A stretch of DNA of 45,004 bases from Marine Group II euryarchaeote MED-G33 (GTDB lineage: Archaea > Thermoplasmatota > Poseidoniia > Poseidoniales > Thalassarchaeaceae): contig CATISE010000082.1 in assembly GCA_949538655.1 (NCBI GenBank), positions 1-45,004 of the forward strand. The letters are read 5' to 3'. Below the pieces are notes generated by a model, which worked only from the letters and a program-made list of their open reading frames with translations, made no database searches and was not told the DNA's origin. Position 1 is the first letter of the stretch, and each line of letters opens with the position of its first letter. Position numbers and translations under genes: made by a program. Positions 38,506-45,004 of this stretch are shown one piece after another.

Positions 38506-39717
38506 ATGGACGACTGGCGAAACTTCGACATTGCGAATCCAACCGAGGAACATAGGATGATTCGCGAGATGGTTCGTGACTTCGTAAAGGAAGAGGTTGA
38601 ACCGCAGGCATTAGAGTATGACCGTGATGAAAAATTCAACCTTGAATTGTTTCGAAAACTTGGTGATTATGGCTTACTAGGAATCACCGTCAGTGAGGAT
38701 TTTGGAGGGGCCAATATGGATGCTACAGCTGTTGCGATCGTAAATGAAGAACTATCCTATTCCGATCCAGGTTTCTGTCTTGCATATCTCGCACATTCAC
38801 AATTGACTGTCAACAATCTGGCGTATAATGGCTCAGAAGAGCAGAAGTTGAGGTATCTACCTGGGCTTTGCTCTGGTGAGTTGGTTGGGTGTATGGCAAT
38901 GTCTGAACCCGACTATGGAACAGATGTACTGGGTATGGCCACCACTGCCACTCTACAGGAAGATGGGAATTGGTGTATCAATGGCCGAAAGATGTGGATT
39001 ACAAATGGAGTCATCGATGAGGATGGGACTCCTGCAGATATCGTTTGGTTGTACGCACGTACAGGTACAACTGAAAGGGGTCGCCCCGAACTTTCGACAT
39101 TCATTATCGAAAAGGGCATGCCTGGATACAAATCAGGGCAGAAGATCATTGACAAACTGGGGATGAGAGCATCCAATACAGCTGAGCTCGTTTTTGAAGA
39201 TTGTATCGTTCCTGCTGCTAATTTGGTTGGCGAACCAGGCAGTTCAATCCATCACATGATGCGTAATCTTGAGATTGAACGTGTCGCTTTAGCGGCTCAA
39301 GCAATCGGGATATCAAGACGCTGTCTTGCCGACATGTCGAGATATGCGGGTGAACGTGAGGCATTCGGCAAACCAATCCAACAGTTTGGCCAAATGCAGC
39401 GCCATATCGGCGAGTCTTGGGCTGAATATCGTGCAATGCGCGCCTATGTGTATGAAACCTGTCGAGTCATGGATTTGGAAACAGGTGGGCAACGGCTAGA
39501 CTCTGATGGTGTCAAATTGTTTGCCACCACCGCTGCGAAAAACATTGCAGATCGAGCCATACAGGTAATGGGTGGGTATGGGTATGTTGGCGAATATGTC
39601 GTTGAACGACTTTGGAGGGATGCAAAGCTATTGGAAATTGGCGGAGGCACTCTCGAAAGCCATCAGAAAAACATCACCCGTGATTTGGCAAAGAATCCTG
39701 ATCCCATTGAGGATTAA
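38506..39717 (+). CDS. Acyl-CoA dehydrogenase (isovaleryl-CoA dehydrogenase-like)
   Basis: MAMSEPDYGTD, NGRKMWITNG, KLGMRASNTAEL, REAFGKPI and RDAKLLEIGGGT. Confidence 0.92.
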   Translation: MDDWRNFDIANPTEEHRMIREMVRDFVKEEVEPQALEYDRDEKFNLELFRKLGDYGLLGITVSEDFGGANMDATAVAIVNEELSYSDPGFCLAYLAHSQLTVNNLAYNGSEEQKLRYLPGLCSGELVGCMAMSEPDYGTDVLGMATTATLQEDGNWCINGRKMWITNGVIDEDGTPADIVWLYARTGTTERGRPELSTFIIEKGMPGYKSGQKIIDKLGMRASNTAELVFEDCIVPAANLVGEPGSSIHHMMRNLEIERVALAAQAIGISRRCLADMSRYAGEREAFGKPIQQFGQMQRHIGESWAEYRAMRAYVYETCRVMDLETGGQRLDSDGVKLFATTAAKNIADRAIQVMGGYGYVGEYVVERLWRDAKLLEIGGGTLESHQKNITRDLAKNPDPIED

Positions 39718-39719
39718 TC

Positions 39720-40169
39720 ATGGAATCCAAGGATGCACTGATTGAGGCGCTTGGCCTCAAGAATGTAGTTCGAGCTGGATGGGTTCGTGCTGGTGTGGTG
39801 CAGCCAGAATCGGTTGCAGCTCATTCATGGGGCATGGCCATGTTGGCCACACAACTGTGTCCTGAGCATCTGAATCTTCAACGTGTACTCGAATTGTGTA
39901 TATTGCACGATGTTGCAGAAGTTATCGTGGGTGACATCACACCACATGATGGTATCACGGCTTCCGAAAAGCACCGTTTGGAAGTAGAAGCAATCCGAAC
40001 AATGGGAATTGATGCTGAAGAAGTCTTTGTAGAATATGAGCAACAATTGACTGAAGAATCACAGTTTGTTCGTTACTTAGACAAGTTGGATATGGCCCTA
40101 CAAGCAGAAATTTATGAAGGGCAAGGATTGGACCTGAACGAGTTCAAGAAGGCTGTTGAAAGGTGGTAG
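39720..40169 (+). CDS. HD-domain phosphohydrolase (YfbR/HDDC2-like 5'-nucleotidase)
   Basis: LKNVVRAGW, ESVAAHSW, LHDVAE...GDITP and DKLDM. Confidence 0.9.
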   Translation: MESKDALIEALGLKNVVRAGWVRAGVVQPESVAAHSWGMAMLATQLCPEHLNLQRVLELCILHDVAEVIVGDITPHDGITASEKHRLEVEAIRTMGIDAEEVFVEYEQQLTEESQFVRYLDKLDMALQAEIYEGQGLDLNEFKKAVERW

Positions 40170-40239
40170 TCCCGGGAGGATTCGAACCTCCGTCCCCTGG
40201 ACCAAAACCAGAGATGATGGACCGCTACACAACGGGACT
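40164..40239 (-). tRNA. tRNA-Gln (TTG)
   Basis: AGTCCCG...TCTGG-TTTTGGT-CCAGG...GGAGG-TTCGAAT-CCTCC-CGGGACT-A-CCA; A1-U72 pair typical of archaeal tRNA-Gln; CCA encoded. Confidence 0.95.
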
Positions 40240-40318
40240 GCAGTCCGCCGGGGGGGCCCATGATTATTGAACGGTGCGACAGAGCCGCGAGCGAAAGGTC
40301 AAGCGGCATGGCCCTCCT

Positions 40319-40337
40319 CGCGGCGCTATGCGCCGCG
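40319..40337. promoter_or_regulatory. Inverted repeat CGCGGCGC-TAT-GCGCCGCG containing the protease start codon
   Basis: Perfect 8-bp stem; ATG 40328 lies in the loop. Confidence 0.55.
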
Positions 40338-43300
40338 GAATTCTATCGATAAGTATGGTGATTCTATTCATTTTGAGCAGTTTTTCACCGCTAATCGATG
40401 TGGTTGAAACAAAGTCTTCCACTTCGGGCCAAAGTCAAGCCGTAGAAACAGAAGTTCAGATCCCAATGGAAACTGCATTTTCACCAAACCTTGCTTTTTG
40501 GATTGGGCAAGAGGTTGCCAAACCAATGGTTCTGACCCGAGATTTACAGGCCCTGCATCTATGGCAAGTCGAACATAAATTATTGCCACACCAAGCACCC
40601 GGTGATTTCCATTCTGTTCAACCATCCAGTGGTATCGTAGAGCATCGACAAATCACAATGCCCGGCAGACTTGTGCCCAAATTGGCTGGAGTTGAGGGTG
40701 TTTTCGCAGTGATTGATGCGAGTGCCGGGCCTGAACCGGCAGGTTCTCTTCCGGGTGAACCAACCTCCGTACGCAGTGGCGAAATTCACGGTGCAACGGA
40801 TGCATGGGCACGGGGTTACAATGGTTCGGGGGTTCGAGTGGCTGTTGCAGATTCGGGAATTGATTTCGCACATCCAGATTTGAATGGCACCCAGGCGATA
40901 CTCGACGAACCTTCGTCCCCATATGATGGGTGGGGGATAATGCACGACCCCGTCTCACTGCTACGCTGGCAGCGAGATGGTTTGGCTTATCCTGCTGCAG
41001 ATAATTCATGGTGGGTTGATACATCGAATTCCGATAGTGATTCAGATAACGATTCCGAATTGGATTCACAGGGCTGGGATATTACAGGAATACAGAACTC
41101 GATTTCGGGGACTTATCATTATGGTGAGCATTCGGATTCTAATTTAATCCAGAAAGCTGGAGGGGATGTCGCAATATTGGTTGTCGACACAACATTTTCC
41201 GGTGTGTATGATGCCATCTATATCGACATTGATCGTGATGGTGAATTTGGAGATGAGACCCCCATCAACAAGTCCAATCCAACATATGGCAGAGATACGG
41301 ATGCAGACGGCCTGTGGGATCAAAGTGCAGGATTGTTGTGGTGGATTTCAGATGGAATTCATGGAGTGCCATATGGGGATGTTTACGCGGCAAGAAGCGG
41401 ATATCAAAATCGAATTGCAGGTGCTGGTGAACTCGTATTGTTGATGCTCAATGATGCATCTGAAGGAGGTGGGAATCACGGAACTCTATGTGCATCGGCA
41501 GTATCTGCACAAGGCGTCATCGACAATGGTGCCGTAATGGGAATGGCTCCAGGTAGTGAATTGATTTCTGTTGCCAATTTCTATGGCGGTGGATCATACC
41601 TTGATTCAATGCGATTCATTTCAGAAGGATATGATGGAAATGGTTCCACTTCACATGATCAGGGACAAATTGGCTCATTCTCATTTGGTTGGTCTAGTGC
41701 ACATGATGATGGCGCAGATTACTGGTCATTGTATGTTGATTGGTTGACACGCGCCCACTCCCCGCAGACGACGTATTTCGTAGCAGTTGGGAATGGTGGA
41801 CATGGGTATGGTACCACTGCTTCGCCAGGCGGTGCCCATGGAGTCATCTCAGTCGGTGCATTTTCTTCAAAGGGAAGTACATGGGGTGAATCCGCCTCTT
41901 GGTCGAACAGGGGACCAAATTCTGTGAGTCGTCTCGACCCTGATATCGTAGCAGTCGGTTGGTCAGCCACCGGCGATCGGACATTGAATGAAGTCAACAA
42001 TGCCAACAATGCCTACACCACATGGGGTGGCACCTCATTGGCAACGCCCATCGCTGCTGGTTTGGCAGCAATTGTCTATCAAGCACTGGAGAATAAAACT
42101 GGAAGTTGGCCAGATTCACAAAGTTTTCGAGATATTGTAATGTCAACAGCAGATGATCGAGGATATGACCCACTGGTCCAGGGTGCTGGTTGGATGAATG
42201 CCAGCCGTGCAATTGCCGCCATTGAAGGCGATACGGGATCGCTCTTGGTAAATCCAGCTTCGTGGATGACGGGTCAAAATGAAGGTGCCCATCGAGATGG
42301 TAATCTAAACTATATTTTGCCAGGCCAAAATCAGACCATGCAACTTTCCCTTCTGAATACCGGGGATTCTCCCTTGGATGTGACCTTGACACCGTCCGAA
42401 CTCGTCCCGCTTGCAGGGCACCACATGATCTGGAATAGCACTGATACTGGTAACAATACAACATGGGATGGGCACCAGAGTCGACCTGATTGGGCATTCC
42501 CAATCCACATTGAAGGAGATGCAAATCTATCACTACCCGCCTCTGCAACACTCGTTCGTGCCCGCGCCGTAATGGAAGGTGAGGGTTTCGATGGAAATCA
42601 AAATCTACAATCTGAAAACCGCTTACATTTACGAATCTATCTTTGGAACGATGATGATGGTGATGGCAATTGGACCACTGATTCCGACAATGACAGTTAT
42701 GTCGATGATGGTGAATGGACAGAGTCGAGTGAATTGGCGATGATTACTGAGCACGTGTATGAATCGGGCCAAGTTGAGGCTCGTGTCGGAAACCCACATG
42801 ATTGGGATGGTGATGGATTGATTGTCGCATTGTGGCGTGAATTTGTAAGAGACCCGAACAAGGATCCACTCCATATTGAATTTGACTGGACCGCATTTGG
42901 ACCAGCCAACGATTCTTGGATTTCCGCACCGAATAATTTGACTATTTCTCCAAACTCAACCACACAAATCAACGTAACCATTGATGTTCCACCCGATGCC
43001 AGGGGAGGTCTCAAACAACATGGTTTGCGAATTCATGCAACCACCAACAATACAACCCGCGATTGGTCTTGGCCCGTCATTACCAATGTTGGTTTCAATG
43101 GACCTTTTACAATTACACCTACTCACATTGATGGAAATGTCAGCAATCAGACCCTGTATGATGAAACTTGGTTGCAAGGTGCACAGAGATGGGGCTGGAG
43201 AGCGGAATCTGGTGATTGGAAATTCTTGACAATGGATTGGCCAGCATCCCTATCGGGGAACGGTTCCATCCTAGTTGACGTCGATTGGCCAGATAATCCG

Positions 43301-45004
43301 TTTACAGATGTCGATGTTCATTGGATGAGTGAAGCAGATCATCCGTTCTATCTGGATGATCCAGCCGCATATGGGCCACGAACTGTCGTGATGGAAACCG
43401 GTTCGGTTGGGCAGCACCAGGGGAGTGGCAAGTATGCACATTACACCAATGGCGGAGGCAGCCGTGAAATTATCATCGCAGATGATTCACCTGGGACGAA
43501 ACAAATGCTTCTGCACTCTGCAATGCATGGGGTCAATACGAATGACAATCCATTGAATATCAGCGTTGGTTACATCACTCCGCTTGGCACAGGTTTGTCT
43601 ACTACCCTAGTCGATTGGACTCAAATGAGTGGAATGTCTAGCCATAGAATTGGTTCAACGGTCGCTTTGGATATCGATTCAATCGAAGCCCATGGATTCA
43701 CAATGCCCCAATACATGTCTAGTGAACTCGTCTACCAAGATGATCCAGAGGATGTCACATCTTCCTCCTACATTCGCGAGTTTACTGCGAATTCAAACGA
43801 ATTGATCGAGTTGGAAATCGGGTGTCATCAATCTGGCATTGATCTCGACATGTATCTCTACAGAGACAAAAACAGCAACGGCGTTCTCGATTGGGGGAAT
43901 GAACAGGTCGGTAGTTCTCAGAATTTCAATTGCGATGAATCAATCGAGTATGGAGGTGGGCAAGCCGACACTTACTGGGCGGTTGTTCACGGGTATGATT
44001 TGCGTGCGGCCAATACTACTTTCTGGCTCCGTTGGTCCGAAATCGGAGGCAACGAGTTGGCAATCTCGGACTTTACATCGATGAATTCAACGCAGATTTC
44101 TAATAATTACACCAACGGATCAAACGCTCTAGGCGGCCTTGTTCCAGAGAGTGTTATTGAGTTGAATTTGAGCTGGGATCGACCTCAAAGTGCGGGGATT
44201 TGGGGAGGCTTCGTTGATCTAACCCTTTCGAGTGGGGGTTTGATTCGTCTCCCTTACAGTTTCACCCTCATCGATCCAGCTCCCGAAGTGTCTTTCTCCT
44301 TGCCCAATGGGACTCGCACAAACGAATCAATTGCGATTTCGATGACCGCATTCGATCAAGGTACAGGATTCAATGTAAGTGGTTTGCACTATGATTTGGA
44401 TAGTCTTGTGGCAGGAACTCTACCATACCAAGCAACATTTGAAACACTTTCAATCGATGGTGTCCATCAAGTTGACAATCTTGAGTTGTGGCAACATTGG
44501 AATTCGAATCGGATTTACAGTGATGGGGATCATTTTGCTACAATCAATCAATCCTTGTCACTCGAATCAGAATCTGCAATGAATATTTTCAGTGGAGATG
44601 GGCCTGAATGGGCCGTCTCATCAGCAGAAAGCAATTATTCAGGTACGGGATATATGACTTCATCAGCGGATGGGTTTGATGCTGGAAATCAAACCACTGG
44701 TTCGAGACTTTCATGGGATGTTGAATTTGATACAAACGGGACATACTGGGTTTGGGTAAGGATGCAACATCATGGGGGAAATTCCAATGCGATTCACATT
44801 GGCTTAGACGGGGTATCTCAGACGGTTTCTCAAGGTGGAATCTCCACAAATTCCAACGGCTGGAATTGGGTCAGTAACTACGGAAACCAATCCTTGGGTC
44901 TACGCGCTACAATCGAAGTGTCTACACCTGGGCGTCACACCGTTGATGTTTGGGTTAAGGAATCCGGATTGGATTTAGATCGTATTGAATTGACCAAATC
45001 ACAA
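40328..45004 (+). CDS. Large secreted S8 (subtilisin/pyrolysin-like) serine protease, partial (runs off right edge)
   Basis: Signal peptide MRRGILSISMVILFILSSFS; triad motifs VAVADSGIDFAHPDL, NHGTLCAS and WGGTSLATP. The same frame reads as protein at the window end, and the ORF track reports no stop for it (>=1559 codons). Confidence 0.92.
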   Translation, partial: MRRGILSISMVILFILSSFSPLIDVVETKSSTSGQSQAVETEVQIPMETAFSPNLAFWIGQEVAKPMVLTRDLQALHLWQVEHKLLPHQAPGDFHSVQPSSGIVEHRQITMPGRLVPKLAGVEGVFAVIDASAGPEPAGSLPGEPTSVRSGEIHGATDAWARGYNGSGVRVAVADSGIDFAHPDLNGTQAILDEPSSPYDGWGIMHDPVSLLRWQRDGLAYPAADNSWWVDTSNSDSDSDNDSELDSQGWDITGIQNSISGTYHYGEHSDSNLIQKAGGDVAILVVDTTFSGVYDAIYIDIDRDGEFGDETPINKSNPTYGRDTDADGLWDQSAGLLWWISDGIHGVPYGDVYAARSGYQNRIAGAGELVLLMLNDASEGGGNHGTLCASAVSAQGVIDNGAVMGMAPGSELISVANFYGGGSYLDSMRFISEGYDGNGSTSHDQGQIGSFSFGWSSAHDDGADYWSLYVDWLTRAHSPQTTYFVAVGNGGHGYGTTASPGGAHGVISVGAFSSKGSTWGESASWSNRGPNSVSRLDPDIVAVGWSATGDRTLNEVNNANNAYTTWGGTSLATPIAAGLAAIVYQALENKTGSWPDSQSFRDIVMSTADDRGYDPLVQGAGWMNASRAIAAIEGDTGSLLVNPASWMTGQNEGAHRDGNLNYILPGQNQTMQLSLLNTGDSPLDVTLTPSELVPLAGHHMIWNSTDTGNNTTWDGHQSRPDWAFPIHIEGDANLSLPASATLVRARAVMEGEGFDGNQNLQSENRLHLRIYLWNDDDGDGNWTTDSDNDSYVDDGEWTESSELAMITEHVYESGQVEARVGNPHDWDGDGLIVALWREFVRDPNKDPLHIEFDWTAFGPANDSWISAPNNLTISPNSTTQINVTIDVPPDARGGLKQHGLRIHATTNNTTRDWSWPVITNVGFNGPFTITPTHIDGNVSNQTLYDETWLQGAQRWGWRAESGDWKFLTMDWPASLSGNGSILVDVDWPDNPFTDVDVHWMSEADHPFYLDDPAAYGPRTVVMETGSVGQHQGSGKYAHYTNGGGSREIIIADDSPGTKQMLLHSAMHGVNTNDNPLNISVGYITPLGTGLSTTLVDWTQMSGMSSHRIGSTVALDIDSIEAHGFTMPQYMSSELVYQDDPEDVTSSSYIREFTANSNELIELEIGCHQSGIDLDMYLYRDKNSNGVLDWGNEQVGSSQNFNCDESIEYGGGQADTYWAVVHGYDLRAANTTFWLRWSEIGGNELAISDFTSMNSTQISNNYTNGSNALGGLVPESVIELNLSWDRPQSAGIWGGFVDLTLSSGGLIRLPYSFTLIDPAPEVSFSLPNGTRTNESIAISMTAFDQGTGFNVSGLHYDLDSLVAGTLPYQATFETLSIDGVHQVDNLELWQHWNSNRIYSDGDHFATINQSLSLESESAMNIFSGDGPEWAVSSAESNYSGTGYMTSSADGFDAGNQTTGSRLSWDVEFDTNGTYWVWVRMQHHGGNSNAIHIGLDGVSQTVSQGGISTNSNGWNWVSNYGNQSLGLRATIEVSTPGRHTVDVWVKESGLDLDRIELTKSQ

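Noticed and set aside
25856..40239. tRNA genes as integration sites for a provirus or island
   Set aside because: No integrase and no duplicated tRNA 3' end seen; flanking genes are housekeeping or typical surface proteins.
40328..40345. Twin-arginine (Tat) signal in the protease (MRRG) and the CARDB protein (TRRL)
   Set aside because: No S/T-R-R-x-F-L consensus; equally compatible with Sec n-regions.

Overview
Archaeal genomic DNA, most consistent with Marine Group II Euryarchaeota (Poseidoniales, Thermoplasmatota). This is inferred from RpoL, EF-1beta, Cbf5, DGGGP synthase, a GPN GTPase, a DUF3860-like wHTH, intronless tRNAs and large secreted hydrolases. The window is very compact, mostly core genome: about 38 CDS and 3 tRNAs (His-GTG, Glu-CTC, Gln-TTG), with no integrase, transposase or CRISPR array seen. 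It encodes translation and RNA-modification functions (Rqc2/NFACT, RlmE, TruD, Cbf5, EF-1beta, DEAD-box helicase), envelope and secretion functions (two RND/MMPL transporters, GT2, an epimerase, a thioredoxin-VKOR pair, an archaeosortase, DUF106 insertase) and secreted proteins (GDSL esterase with TSP3 repeats, CARDB protein, large S8 protease). Four reading frames absent from the ORF track were recovered: 1-891(-), 15423-15590(+), a 21-aa candidate at 28661-28726(+) and 40328->45004(+). The most notable observations are: (1) a recurring family of intergenic GC-rich inverted repeats with unrelated arms but a shared C-NNA-G triloop, four of them with an identical C-ATA-G loop, mostly just upstream of putative promoters; (2) a 956-aa cytosolic Pro-rich protein with an adaptin-mu/delta-COP (MHD)-like segment, flanked by a TPR-like protein and a GPN GTPase; (3) a HEAT-repeat gene interrupted by one in-frame TAA. 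All family calls come from motif recognition by eye, not database searches.
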